Assembly (NCBI RefSeq): GCF_006345805.1
Contig: NC_043003.1
Span: 50,964,001-51,028,000, forward strand
Origin: Octopus sinensis
Taxonomy: Eukaryota
Direction: 5' to 3'
Length of the DNA stretch: 64,000 bases
Within the stretch, counting starts at the first letter, position 1. Each line of letters starts with the position of its first letter. Positions 1 through 13,113 of this stretch are shown here, piece after piece. Made by a program: the position numbers and the translations under genes. The notes below the pieces were generated by a model that was not told the DNA's origin, ran no database searches, and was given only the letters and a program-made list of their open reading frames with translations.

Positions 1-189
1 AAATGTGTATGTCCATTTCTTGTTGCGGTGTGGCGGTTTATTGCCTCGATAACCCTGAGGTTTATACCAGCAAACCGCAAGTTTCTGGTAACGCCTCCCA
101 TGCTGGACAGTTCAAACAATAGACGACAGGCTAATGTAGAACACTTCTTCTTAAGGGTAAAAGTAAGTTTACATAAGGTCAACGCCCTT

Positions 190-342
190 ACCGAAAAAAA
201 AGCCAAATTACAGAAGCATCGATGGCAATCTGAAACGAACATGACCTGGGAGAAGAAACAGAGAGACAAAACAGCCCAGAGCCGAGAACGATGGAGAAAA
301 GTTGTCGATGGCCTATACTTCTTACAGAATGAAGAACTTAAG
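190..342 (+). mobile_element. RTE-clade LINE 3' end relic
   Basis: Translates to ...MTWEKKQRDKTAQSRERWRKVVDGLYFLQNEELK, resembling the RTE C-terminal TW..A..R..WR..V.GL motif; followed by (TA) repeat. Confidence 0.45.
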
Positions 343-1072
343 TATATGTATATAGATACATATATATATATACACAAACAACAGATGCATAAATTTCACC
401 ACGCCTTCAATCTGATAGCCCTTGATTTTCCACCATCAGCAAGAAAATTATCTCACTATGGAGTTCTCCCTTCACAAACCCATATCACAGGATAACCCAA
501 GCAATATATTATACCAATCGTTCGATGCTCTTTGTGTGATCGATGACCTCAAGTTTCCCATACGTTTATGAGTTTTGTATGTTTATCTGTGAATCCTGTA
601 TTTTCTCGCTAATTGACTTTAAATGGGAACTGAACGAGTTTAGCTAGTATATATAAACAGATACAACTATCTTTATAACTTATCATTTGAGGATCCGAAG
701 TGTGACCTCCAGCAGCTCTCAAAATATTCAGTCTGGGATAAAATCCTTTTTGCTCTACAGAAAAGTATTGAGTACTTGCTCATATAATTGTGTAGACAAA
801 TGTTTCGATTTCACTATGGCGTATTCATGTGCATGTATGTATATTCATATATATGTAAGTATGTATGTATATATAACTAATATAAACAGCGAAGCGAAAT
901 CCGATACCATAAAGGAAAAATTCAATTGTCACTAAATGTGACTAAGGGTGCCAAGACACATACAATGCTAGAAATAAGAGTTGAAATACTCTTAATTCTG
1001 TAGGAAGAGCGTAAATGTATACACACATGCTGACAGGGGGTTCTAACCGCCCCGTCACCGACTCGAGAATCA

Positions 1073-1122
1073 CTCAAACTAAACGTTTAGTTTCGCCTAT
1101 TTCCGTAGGCTTCATTAGTGAG
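1073..1122 (-). ncRNA. Type I hammerhead-ribozyme-like motif (core variant, probably inactive)
   Basis: Minus strand: CUCA-CUAAUGA-A-GCCUA(CGGAAA)UAGGC-GAAA-CUAAACGUUUAG-U-U|UGAG. Helix II 5 bp, palindromic helix III, helix I 4 bp; G5 replaced by A. Confidence 0.5.
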
Positions 1123-1954
1123 GATAGATGTCGGGCAGTTCCGTCTGTCGGCATATAAGTATTCATCATAGAAATCTATGTATCATTTAGCGGAATGCTA
1201 ATGTGTATACAAAAGATTATATATACACCATACATACATTAATTCAAGTAAATGAATAAGATTACAGCAATTAATAATTACATAATTATTACATTGCTAA
1301 CAACGTTTTCGTATCAGTCATGGAAACAGTTGTAGAAAATATGGTATTTTTGAAATATCAACGACGTTGCTTGTTTTCTATGCTTCCTCATATTCCGCTC
1401 TGTCCGCTCGTTTTAACCTACTTTAAGAATTTTGCAATGTCGTACCCATTTTACTGCCACATTGAAGTAATAGTATATTGGAATTGATATATTGGAAAGG
1501 ATATATTAACGAATTAAGGCCTAGAATCCTGTGTACGTATGTAGGTGTTAGTGCGCACATGTAAACGGTGAGACACAGAGAGGGAGGTGCATTTGTGTGA
1601 GTGTTGCTTTTCGCCATTTGAATGCATTATAGACAAATGGTAAAGAAGTTCGCTTTGCAATCTTGAAGTCTTGGGTTCGATTTCACTGCGTGGCATCTTG
1701 GGTGAATGTCATTGGACTTGAGTCATCCCCAGCTTTGAGAGTGACTGTGGGTTTACAAAAACTGTGAAATTCGTTGGACGGATTGTATCTGTAATACTGT
1801 GGCCTTGGGAACCAGTGATCATGCTAATACAGGTTAAGAATTACGCTAAGGGTACTAGTGTCTGCGTGGTACTCAGCCACTTACACGCTAGTTCGATAAG
1901 TGTACTTATTGTCGAAACTGGCTGAGACCGTTTTTTTTTTACTTAGCCAATATG

Positions 1955-2290
1955 GGGTAGGCATGGCTGTGCAATTAAAAAGCTCGTTTGCTAGCACATA
2001 GCTTTAGATTCAGTCCTACTGCACAGTACATTGGGCAAATGTTTTCTACTGTAGTCCTGAGGCAACCAATGTCTTGTAAGCGAATTTGCCAGACGAAAAC
2101 TGTGAGAAAATTTGCCATATATATATGTGTGTGTCTGGTGTTGTCCCCCACTCACCTTACAACAGGTTTTCGTTTAAGTCTTCGTAACATAGCAGTTCAT
2201 CAAAATATATTGATGGAATAAGTAACAGACTTTAGGGAATGAGAATTGGGATCGATTTTGCTTGACTAAATCCTTCAAGGTGTGGCTTTG
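1955..2290 (+). mobile_element. SINE family B, degenerate copy
   Basis: Head GTAGGCATGGCTGTG..., TTGGGCAAATGTTTTCTACT, internal (TA)/(TG) tract; collinear with the copies at 24489 and 29685. Confidence 0.6.
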
Positions 2291-2339
2291 CCTTTCATCT
2301 TTTATGGATCAATAAGCACCAGTCAAATATTGAGGTTGA

Positions 2340-2480
2340 TGTAACGAGTAAGAGAGGGAGGGTTCTAAGTGTTCATTCGACTCGCTAGAAATAGCAACTA
2401 AGTCTCTCTCAGATCACACAGTTAATCAAGACAGAACACGTTGGATAATGTAGTCCTAGATATACTATAAGCCCCTCTCT
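2340..2480 (+). mobile_element. SINE-like family E fragment
   Basis: CGACTCGCTAGAAATAGCAACTAAGTCTCTCTCAGATCACAC...GGATAATGTAGTCCTAGA; related sequence at 4455-4700 (-), 37490-37700, 38280-38480 and 48420-48480 (-). Confidence 0.45.
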
Positions 2481-2786
2481 TCAAAATTACATGCCTTATG
2501 CCAATATCTGAAAGAATTATTAATAGGGCGGTGAGATTATAACGCGTCAGACAAATTCGTACAGCATCTCTTTTGAATCTTTACGTTCTGCATTCAAATT
2601 CTACTGAAATCAACGTTGTCTTTCACCTTTTCGGGGATTACATCGACACTAGTCAAATACCGAAGCCAATGTAATCGAATTGTCCCCCTCCAACATCAAA
2701 ATTGTTGGTCCTGTGCCAAAATTAATTTTTTTACTATTATAACAATTCGTGTAATATTATTTATTATTATTACTATTATTATTATT

Positions 2787-2992
2787 AAGCTGGCAGAATC
2801 GTTACCACACCTGGACGAAATGCCTAGTGGTATTTCGCCCGTCGCTAAGTTCTAAGTTCAAATACCGCTGAGGTCAACTTTGCCTTTCATCCTTCTGTGG
2901 TCGATAAATTAAGTACCAGTAAAACACTGGGTCGATGTAATAGACTAGTCCCCTCCCCACAAATTTCAAACCTTGTGCCTATAGTAGAAAGG
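2787..2992 (+). mobile_element. SINE family A monomer
   Basis: A-box-like TGGCAGAATCGTT, B-box-like AAGTTCAAATACC, central GCCTTTCATCCTT..GGTCGATAAATTAAGTACCAG, tail CCTTGTGCCTATAGTAGAAA. Confidence 0.75.
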
Positions 2993-3010
2993 TTTATTAC
3001 TATTTGTATT

Positions 3011-3420
3011 AAGGCGGCGAGCTGGCAGAACCGTTAGCACGCCGGGCGAAATGCGTAGCCGTATTTCGTCTGTCGCTACGTTCTGAGTTCAAATTCTGCT
3101 GAGGTCGACTTTGCCTTTCATCCTTTCGGGTCGCTTAAATAAGTACCAGTTACGCACTGGGGTCGATATAATCGACTTAATTCGTTTGTCTGTCCTTGTT
3201 TATCTCTTTTGTGTTTAGCCCTTGTGGGTAGTAAAGAAATAGGTATTTCGCCCGTCTCTACGTTCTGAGTTCAAATTCTGCGGAGGTCAACATTGCTTTT
3301 CGTCCTTTCAGGGTCGATAAATTAAGTACCAGTTGAACACTGGAGTCGTCGTAATCGATACATTCCCACCCCCACCCCCACCACCAAAAAATAGCTGCCC
3401 TTGTGGCTAAGTTTGAAACC
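3011..3420 (+). mobile_element. SINE family A, internally dimeric
   Basis: Head AAGGCGGCGAGCTGGCAGAA; the B-box plus central module occurs twice. Confidence 0.85.
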
Positions 3421-3914
3421 ATTATTACAATTCGTATAATATCATTTATTATTATTACTATTCGCGTATGATTTAGGGGAGTCGTAGAGTAATAAATGGT
3501 AATGTGAATCCGATTTCAGGTTCATTTTATTTTTTGTGTATGTGATTTCTGACAATAGTCAGAAGCCACCAGAAATCTGCGAAACCACCAAGTTGGCTTG
3601 CCTACAATACAATACATAAATGAAGTAAGCTAATTTGCAGAAATGCTGAAATTTATTGTTTTAGCACAGATTCCGGTGGATTTTATTGCGCATTTTGCAA
3701 CTTTGCTCGGTTTCCGATTCTCTGACTCTATACCACATCCACCATTTTCTTCCCCCCATACAGTTAAAAACAAATTAAGAACTCTCTGACATTTTCATTG
3801 TTTTGAGTGTTTTAACTACAACTGGGGGAATGAGGGAAGGAGGGATAAACCATTAATTTCAAAGAAATAAGGAAAACAGGATTATGCATGCTGCCTCTGC
3901 GTGAGGTTGTTGCT

Positions 3915-4412
3915 TCTTCTTCTTCTTCTTCTTCCAATCAGGACTCACGCCATTAACCACAAAGAATAGTCTCTAATTCGAGCCTACTCTAAGCTACTAA
4001 GGATGCGTGTGGCAATTTGAAGATCCACCTACCACACGCGATAGACTGGCGGTTGCACGGGCGCGAAAGCTACGTTGTTATCCTGATTCCGTAAACGGTG
4101 GCTTTTAATGGGTGGAGAGCTGAAACATCCTGGGGTACAGAGGATTCGCAATCTAGACTAGGGTCTGAAAGTTTACCACACCAGAGTGGGTTACTCCATG
4201 GTTCCTCTGCTTTGTGACAGAAGTAGGAAGAAAGAGTGAGAGAAAATTGTGGTGAAAGAGTACAGCGGGGTTCCCCACCCCCACCCGCCGGAACCTCGTG
4301 GAGCTTAGGTGTTTTGTTCAATAAACACTCACAATGCCCGGTCTGGGAATCGAAACCGCGTTCTTACGACCGCGAGTCCACTGCCCTAACCATTGGGCCA
4401 TTGCGCCTCCAC
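3915..4412 (-). mobile_element. SINE family C with long (GAA)n-ended tail, 13-bp TSD
   Basis: Minus-strand head GTGGAGGCGCAATGGCCCAATGGTTAGGGC...GGTTTCGATTCCC; ends in (GAA)n; TSD TGAGGTTGTTGCT at 3902-3914 and 4413-4425. Confidence 0.85.
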
Positions 4413-5251
4413 TGAGGTTGTTGCTGTACTCGTCGTCGTCGTTAAGTCCCGTGGAATTCTTAATCAAGTAGATTTATGATCAAAGGAATTCCTGGTGTGA
4501 CCATCTTGTCTTACTTTCATTGATGATATACCTAGAACAACATTATCCAAGTTGTTCTTGGCGTGGCCATCCCCTCTTATTTTCATAGTTTATCTAGGAT
4601 TATACTATCCAAGATGTTCTACCTTGATTAACTGTATTGTTTGAGAAAGATTTGGTTGATACTTCTAACGAATCGAGCGATCATTTATAAACCTCCCTCT
4701 CTTACTCATTTTGGTTAATTTTATCTGTTGTGCCACACTGCTCAATCATGAATAACAGTTTTTTCAAATTAAATTTTGTGACGTAAAACGTACAGTTCGC
4801 TTGTTCCTATTACTAAACAATGTTAAGTTCAAATCTTGATTTTCTGATTTTCCAGCTGGTCAGTTTTTATTATGGAACAATTATTAATTTTGGGGGAATC
4901 GGCTACAACCTCAAATCATATTTATTCCACGAATCTTTCCGTTTCCTTCATCATGTCACGTAGCATTTTTTATGCAAGTGTTCCTAAACAAAAACGTTTT
5001 CAACTCCGTACTTGCATTACTTGGAGGAAAGATTAATGACATACTTTTAACCCAGATTCTGTTGGCTTTACTTCGTCATAGTAGCATTTGAAAGCTTGCT
5101 GGGTTACCTGACTGAATCTGTCACATGCTAACCCGATGCTACAAACTAGACAAACTAAGTTATGTCCTGGTGCTCTAAAACCTTGGAGAGCCACACACAT
5201 TCTGAATAACTTAAAGACACTTTTCTTAATCCATCTAAAAACGCGCTATGG

Positions 5252-5560
5252 TGGCACTCCGTCGGTTACTTCGATGAGTGTTCCAGTTGATCAAATCAAC
5301 GGAACAGCCCGCCAGTGAAAATAACGTACAAGTGGCTGAGCACTTCACAGACACGCGTACCCTTAACGTAGTTCTCAAAGAGATTCAGTGTGACGTAGAA
5401 TGTGATAAGGCTGGTCTTTTGAAATACAGGTACTATTCAGTTTTGCCAGCTAAGTGGACTGGAGCAACGTGAAATAAAATGTCTTGCTCAAGGACAGAAC
5501 GCGCCGCCGAGAATCGAACTCATGACCTTACGATCGTAAGCTGGATGCCCTAACCACTGG
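5252..5560 (-). mobile_element. SINE family D
   Basis: Minus-strand tRNA-like head (CAGTGGTTAGGGCATCC...GAGTTCGATTCTCGG), body TCCTTGAGCAAGACATTTTATTTCACGTTGCTCCAGTCCACT, tail ...GTAACCGACGGAGTGCC. Confidence 0.75.
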
Positions 5561-5884
5561 GGAAGATCACTCCCGCAACAGAGGCTGACAGAGGACAGGG
5601 CTGGAGCGGTTTTATGGCGGTCAAATGATTTGTTGTGAAACTTGAAATTTTGCCAGATTACAAATTTACATGGTGATGTGTATGTCCTGGGTATGACACT
5701 AAACTACATCCAGTAGCAAGAATCCAGTTCGGGAGTTCAGAAGTTGTGGGGAATGTGGAGTTACCTCTTAGTTGTCACCAATCCCAGGTCTGCTTTGGCC
5801 CGGAGTAGTAGTACCTGTTAGGGCCCCATTTATGGGGGTTAAATAATTACCTTACTAGGGTGGCGCCGGTAAAGTATTGTCAGC

Positions 5885-6107
5885 TGGCAGAAACGTTAGC
5901 ACGCCGGGCGAAATGCTTAGCGGTATTTCGTCTGCCGTTACGTTCTGAGTTCAAATTCCGCCGAGGTCGTCTTTGCCTTTCATCCTTTCGGGGTCGATAA
6001 ATTAAGTACCAGTTACGCACTGGGGTCGATGTAATCGACTTAATACCTATGTCTGTCCTTGTTTGTCCCCTCGGTGTTTAGCCCCTTGTGGATAATAAAG
6101 AAATAGA
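5885..6107 (+). mobile_element. SINE family A, 10-bp TSD
   Basis: Family A sequence flanked by TATTGTCAGC at 5875-5884 and 6108-6117. Confidence 0.85.
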
Positions 6108-6899
6108 TATTGTCAGCCATTGAAAACAACCATGGTGAGTATACTGAACAGCACTAGGGTTAGAGCCCCTAACTATACTGTCAAGGAACAGCTTTGTCGT
6201 TATGACTCTGTTGGTTTTGAGCCACAGAGAGGGCCAGTGGATGATTCACCAGCTGTCTCTGAGACAAATATAATGACAGTGATGATGAGGCACAATGACC
6301 GCTGGAGAGAACTCGTCTATGAAGAACCCCTAAAAAAGGAAATGTATGATAATACAATTAATGGCTGGAGAAATATGTGGAAAAATTATTAAAGGGGGAG
6401 TACAATATAGGACTTGGAGAAGACGGACGCATATTGTAGGATTTGGAGAAAGAAGCAAACATTGTAGGGCTACCCAAAAACCGTAAGCATCCTGATATCG
6501 GCCTTGAACACATGCATCGTTTTCGCCTCCACAGAGTTAAAATGCCTTAAAGACTTTCGGGTGGTAGTTGAACGTTTCTCCAACTTGTGTGTGTGTGTTT
6601 TTTTAATGAGTTGAACAACCAACCAAGTTCTCAGTTTCCTGCTTTTTTGTCTCCTTTGCAAAACTATAAGTTCTATAGCTTAATCGGTTTTATGTTTCTC
6701 AACTGTCTATAATACTATAATTTTTATGAATTTCTCTCTGTCTAAACTTTCTTTTTATTAACTTATTCTCAAGGTTGTTCATATAGAAATTTTGCCAACT
6801 GATACTTCAGACATGAGTAACAACTCGAGTTCGCTTTTTTGTCATTTCTTATTCATTCCCTTAAAATACCAATCTTTATCAAACTTTTTCTTTTTGCCA

Positions 6900-7506
6900 T
6901 ATAAAGACGTATCATACTGGGCAGCTGAAATGTTTCTCCAAATTCCCTTCACTTCTATATCGATAATGCTGTAAAGTATACAATTTTGAGTTCTACACTT
7001 ATTATGGCCTTCTAACTTTCATGCTATCTCCTTCCGTTACTCGTTCTAGGTTTAGGATCTTAACAAATATAACTGCACTCCGTCGGTTACGACGACTGAG
7101 GTTCTAGTAGAGCTGATCAATAGCTCGTCCACATAGTTATTGGCTACCTATCATCATATAATGGAAATCCTTCGACTATTGGATATACATAAGAAATTCA
7201 ATAGTATCTGTTGAGTTTATATAAATAGATAAGTGATAAAAAATTGAATTAACGACATTATTTAAAAATCACTACCATTGTTTTGACACATTCTAAAACC
7301 TTTAGTACGTAAGTAAGACGTTGTACAATCATAATCTTACGTCCAAAGTATAAAATGCGCCTCTTCAGGTGACTGTTTAAATAAGCTCTTCGTTAGATTC
7401 TCTCGCCATTTCATTCGGTATGATGAGGCGTACCTAAAGTGAAGCGACACATCACTGTGCCCTGTGATTCTTTCTTGCTGCATTCTAACCACATGTTCTC
7501 AATTCC
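6900..7506. repeat. Diverged ~500-600 bp direct repeat, copy 1 (copy 2 at 8976-9486)
   Basis: Collinear blocks such as TAGTTATTGGCTACC, TTGAGTTTATATAAATAG, TGTTTAAATAAG.TCTTCGTTAGATTC and TTCTAACCA.ATGTTCTCAATTCC. Confidence 0.8.
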
Positions 7507-7678
7507 CTGGGCTCGATTTGTAGAAATTCCTTGTCTCCAACCTACGTACCCTATCAAGTAACGTTCAAGTATCTTTCGGAGGAACCACGTTTCGTTTGCT
7601 TCTATTTGATAATCGAAAATGTGTAACCGACACAGCACAGTTCACAAAAAAATCTATGATAAATTAATGTTTTCTCGC

Positions 7679-7945
7679 GGTTCCGACGATTAGGGTTCTA
7701 GTTTAGCCGACCAACAGAACAGCCTGCTCGTGAAATTAATGAGTAAATGACTGAGCACTCCACAGACACGCGTACCCTTAACATAATTCTCAGGGAGATT
7801 CAGCGAGACATGGTTGTCCCCTTTGGATTACAGGTACAACTCATTTTTACCAGCTAATGAGACTGGATATCGTGAAAATAAAGTGCCATGCTCAAGGACA
7901 CAAAGCGCTGCTAGAAATCGAATTCGAAAATCCCCGAAGTAGAAA
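7679..7945 (-). mobile_element. SINE family D, degenerate
   Basis: GAACAGCCTGCTCGTGAAATTAA..GAGCACTCCACAGACACGCGTACCCTTAAC matches the copy at 5252. Confidence 0.65.
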
Positions 7946-8164
7946 CAGTACTGTTTTGTATATCATTTTTACAATTTGTATATATTTATTTTATTATAAA
8001 TGCAAAACAATACTACAGAGGAATCGACGTAAGCTTAGATAACCGCGATATGGCGAGGGATTACTGTATATAGTTTTCTTAGCCACCTCATGACTTTTAT
8101 CAAATCCGGAAATATTTTTATTCCATGGCTATTCAAAAGTTTCCTTACTCCTTTTAATTATTGG

Positions 8165-8352
8165 TTTTAAATTTTGGCACAAAGCCAGTAATTCCGAGGA
8201 AGCGGGTAAGTCGATTACATCAACCTCCGTGCTCAAATGATACTTAATTTGTCGACTTTGGAAGGATGAAAGGCGAAGTCGACCTTGGTGGCATTTGAAC
8301 TCAGAACGTAAAGACGAACGAAATGCCACTAAGCATTTTTCCCGGCGTGCTT
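8165..8352 (-). mobile_element. SINE family A monomer
   Basis: GGATGAAAGGCGAAGTCGACCTTGGTGGCATTTGAACTCAGAACG. Confidence 0.75.
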
Positions 8353-8631
8353 AATCTTTCTGTGTATATAAATGCATATACATGCATAAATGCGTGCGTG
8401 TGTGTATGTATTCTGTTATTCATTTACTCTTTTCTTTGTTCCAGCCATTAAACTGCGGTCATGCTAGGGTTCCGCCTTAAAGGATTTTAGTCGAACGAAT
8501 ATACACGATACTTATTATTTTTTTAAAGCCTGGTATTTATTCTATCGGTCTCGTTTGCCGACCGATTACTAAAGGTTACGGTGAAACCACACACACACAC
8601 ACACGCATACATACATACATACATACATACA

Positions 8632-8663
<32 letters not shown>

Positions 8664-8664
8664 A

Positions 8665-8969
8665 GTGGAGGCGCAATGGCCCAGTGGTTAGGGCAGCGAA
8701 CTCGCAGTCGTAGGATCGCGGTTTCGATTCCCAGATCGGGCGCTGTGAGTATTTATTGAGCGAAAACAGCTAAAAGCTCTACGAGGTTCCGGCAAGGGGT
8801 GGTGGCAACCCCTGCTGTATTCTTTCGCCACACCTTTCTCTCACTCTTTCTTCTGTTGGCCTGCTCGCGTAGTCAGCGGGGTGACGTCATTTGAAGTCTA
8901 AAACAATACGAAACGCATTGTGACCAGCGATGTGTAACAACATCTGATAGCCTGGTCGGTCACGGTGAT
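8665..8969 (+). mobile_element. SINE family C with RTE-like tail
   Basis: tRNA-like head GTGGAGGCGCAATGGCCCAGTGGTTAGGGCAGC...GGTTTCGATTCCC; tail TGTGACCAGCG...CTGGTCGGTCACGGTGAT followed by (TA)n. Confidence 0.85.
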
Positions 8970-8975
8970 ATATAT

Positions 8976-9486
8976 ATAAAGACGTATCTTATCGGATAGC
9001 TGAAAAACACTCAAATATTCCCATAATGTTTCTCCAAATTTTCTTCACTACTATGTATAGTTAATTAGTTAGTTAAGATTAGGGTAAAAATCTCGTGGTA
9101 TACTCTGGAAAGCCCGTCTATAGTTATTGGCTACCTTATGCCATCATACAATGGAAATGCTCTTGTTACTCGATATACATCAGAAATTCCATAATATCCA
9201 TTGAGTTTATATAAATAGGTAAATGATAGAGAATTCTTTATATAAAAATCGCTATAATTGTTTCGGCACATTCTTACACGTCTAGTACATAGGTAAGATG
9301 TTGTACAATCATTATCTTACATCAATGCTGTAAAATGCAACTCCTCGGGTGATTGTTTAAATAAGTTCTTCGTTAGATTCCTTCGCCATTTCATTCAGTA
9401 TGATGGTGCATACCCAAAGTGATGTAGCACATCACTTTATCCTGTGATACATTCCTGCTACATTCTAACCATATGTTCTCAATTCC
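8976..9486. repeat. Diverged direct repeat, copy 2 of 6900-7506
   Basis: Same collinear blocks as copy 1. Confidence 0.8.
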
Positions 9487-11593
9487 GAGAAACCTATGTT
9501 AAATTAATATTTTCTCACATAAGTATAATACAGAGGATTTTGAGGGAAACGTATACTGGAGAAAATCATACCCGGAACTTCATTGTCATGTATTTCATCG
9601 ACAGCTGAATGAGGAATGATAAGGTTAAACTCGGTAAAATTTATAGTCAGAACTTAATGAGTAAAACAAATATTCTTTTCTCTACTCTAAGGACAAGACC
9701 CGAAATTTCTGGGGAGGAGGTCAATCGATACCATCGAGGTAGAACTTGACTGGAAGTTTATTTTTTCGACCCTGGAGGGATAAAAAGCAAAGCTGGCCTT
9801 ACTGTGATATGAACTCAGAACGTAAAGAACGGAAAAACTACTTTTAAAAAGAAAGCATTTTTCCGAGTCTATTCAGCCAGCTCGCCGCCTTATACGTACA
9901 AATATGTACATAAAACTATATATTTCAAAACACACACACACACACACATATATAAGTTCAACAAAATTTAGATTCAGATGAATATGGTACTTTATATATA
10001 TGAATATAGTACTGTTATATATATATGTATATATATATAACAGTATTTAGTTATAAATCTTGTGATGATCTTTTAGAATCAATATAATACTATATAGCCG
10101 TTTTGATCGACTATTCGGGCCCCCTTTTAGTGGGGAGTGGAGCGTACCTAACATCACCACCATCTGGCTCTTGTATGCCTTTAGCAGATTTTCACTTTGC
10201 TGCAAGCATTCAAATCAGGATATCACAGTAGCATCCGGTTTGAGGATAATATAGCCTCTCAATACTCTACTTCCGGCTTCATTTCCCTTGCTTAAGGCCA
10301 CTGATTATAAGAAGGTGATAACAACGCACTTATTAGACTGACAGATAGATGTATAATGTTTTGCGCTGTATGTCCCAACTCTCTACGCTCTGGGATCAAA
10401 TCCATTGCATTTCACCAAATTCGGGTCTCGATAGAGTACCAGTGTAGTACTGGAGCATTTATTTCCCCTCACCCCCATCTGTCTCTCCTTTTCGGAATCA
10501 TCAAAACAGAAGGAGACAAAGAATACGGTTATGTTCACATCGTGGCACCACTAATCTTTTCACTGCCACTTAGCGGACTCACTAAGGAAGAGAACACAAA
10601 AGCCCACTGTGCCAAAGGCAAGCGTTTCTCAGAGAAGACTCGTCACTAAACGCCACAAGAGCTTGAGCTACAGTTCTCTGGAATTTTCAACTTCCTTCTG
10701 TTATTGTGATGTTTTTGACCCCAGGTCAATCCTGATCCAACTGATCTATGATCAAAAGTATTGTATTTCAACTGTATTATTCCATCTTTTTTTAAAGATA
10801 TCCAATGCGTTTTTTCCTTACATTAAGATTATATGATCTGATTTTTGTATGTATGTATGCATGCGTGCGTGCCTGCATACATATTTCTAGTGCACAGAAT
10901 GACTACTTAGGTACTGTATTGGTTTCTTTTGACGTGTCATAAAGTCAGCGACACACTGCATGAATGGGTTACTAGCCTTAGTTTAGAAAACCCCTTAATA
11001 TGTGTGTGTGTGTGTGTACATCCATCCATCCATCCATACATACATACATACATACATACATCCGGTGAGAGGATAAAAGTTTGAAAATGGTTTCTATTCA
11101 CGCCGTACTTCCCATTAACATCCTAAATGAAAATAGGCTTTGATCCTTAGAAAAACCTGTTTCCCATGTGTATGATATCAGAGAAAGTAATATTTCGACG
11201 GGTTCGGAAGGGTCAGTACACATCTACACTCTTGCATACAGACACACAATTTTAAGAGCACTTTAAGTTACTGTAGTATTAATACGCATGTGTTTATCAT
11301 TAATGATAAACATAGATATATATAGATGACTGCGAGTGTATATGCATATGTAAAATGATAAACACACGCACATACACACACACACACACACATAGGTGAC
11401 TATGTGTGTATATATGTATAAATGTATATCTATGTATGTATAAGGATGTGCAATATTAAGCTGATGATATCAGCTTACGGATTAATTTTATTTTGAAATG
11501 GATGTATACGTGTGTCTAGATATGTGTCTAGATATGTATGTATGTATGTATGTATGCATGCATGTACATGTATGTATATATATATATATATAT

Positions 11594-11653
<60 letters not shown>

Positions 11654-12005
11654 TATACACATACATATATAAGAGTTTATAAGTATTTATACTCAGAGAG
11701 GTGACACTTGTCAGGACGCCTTACATGCTAGAAATGGCAGCCAAACCCAATCCACGAAAAAATGTAATTCCAAGGAGAATAAAAGCAAAAATTATTTATA
11801 GTCCTAACCAAACTCGAGTTTCTGTATTAATGAACAAATAAATTGATTTGTCATCCGTACTTCGTCAGTCGGATCGATCAGACAATGCATAATTATGCAA
11901 CTAATACGTACCGAAATCACACGTCCTTGCTGCATACTTATAGATTATGTTTTCAAATCAACCGCGCAAGCGCAGTCACATAGTCAGCGGTAATTAATAA
12001 AATTA

Positions 12006-12407
12006 TTTTCTACTCTAGGCACAAGGCCCGAAATTTTGGGGGAGGGGGAACAGTCGATTAGATCGACGCCAGTACGTAACTGATACTTAATTTATCGACC
12101 TCGAAAGGATGAAAGGCAAAGTCGACCTCGACGGAATTTGAACTCAGAACGTAAAGACAGACGAAATACCTATTTCTTTATTACCCACAAGGGGCTAAAC
12201 ACAGAAGGGACAAACAAGGACAGACAAACGGATTAAGGCGATTATATCGACCCCAGTGCGTAACTGGTACTTAATTTATCGACCTCGAAAGGATGAAAGG
12301 CAAAGTCGACCTCGGCGGAATTTGAACTCAGGACGTAGCGGCAGACGAAATACGGCTACGCATTTCGCCCGGCGTGCTAACGTTTCTACCAGCTCGCCGC
12401 CTTAGTA
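12006..12407 (-). mobile_element. SINE family A dimer inserted into the 450-bp repeat
   Basis: Family A sequence on the minus strand; AATAAAATTA duplicated at 11996-12005 and 12408-12417. Confidence 0.85.
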
Positions 12408-13113
12408 AATAAAATTAAGACTGTACGAAAAAGCTTTGAAACCATGAAAATTTTACTGTAAAAATTATAAGGGTAGAATAATTAGAAATGGCTAGCATGC
12501 GTAATAAAACTCAATAGACAACATATTTTCATATATAAGAGTATATAAATATTTATACACAGAGAGGTGACTCCTTGACAGGACACCTTACATGCTAGAA
12601 AGGGCAGCTAAACACAAACCACGAAAAAAGGCAATTCCAAAGAGAATGAAAAAAAATATTTATAGTCAAAACCAAACTCGAGTTTCTGTATTAATGAACA
12701 AATAAACTAATTTGTCATCCGTACTTCGTCAGTGGGATCGCTAAGACAATGCATAATTATGCAGCTAATACGTACCGAAATCACACGTGCTTGCTGCATA
12801 CTTATAGATAATGTTTTCAAATCAACCGCGCAAGTGCAGTCACGTAGTCAGCAGTAAATAATAAAATTAAAACTGCGTACCAAAGGGCTTTGAAATTGTG
12901 AAAATTTTATACGTGCTTGCTGCATACTTATAGATAATGTTTTCAAATCAACTGCACGAGCGCAATCACATAGCCAGCAGTTTTAATCTTATTATTCACT
13001 GCTGATTACGTGACTGAACTTGTGCGGTTAATTTGAAAACATAATCTTTAAGTATGCAGCAAGCACGTGTGATTTCGGTACGTATTAGCTGCATAATTAT
13101 GCATTGTCTTATC

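Noticed and set aside
28-495. 155-aa ORF as a host gene
   Set aside because: Chance fusion of unique sequence, an RTE 3' relic and a TA repeat.
3559-3624. 66-nt AG...GTAAGC candidate exon (SEATRNLRNHQVGLPTIQYINE)
   Set aside because: No recognisable homology or partner exons; such signals arise often by chance.
8665-8740. tRNA-like sequences at the heads of SINE families A-D
   Set aside because: They have A/B boxes but no complete cloverleaf and run straight into SINE bodies; not tRNA genes.
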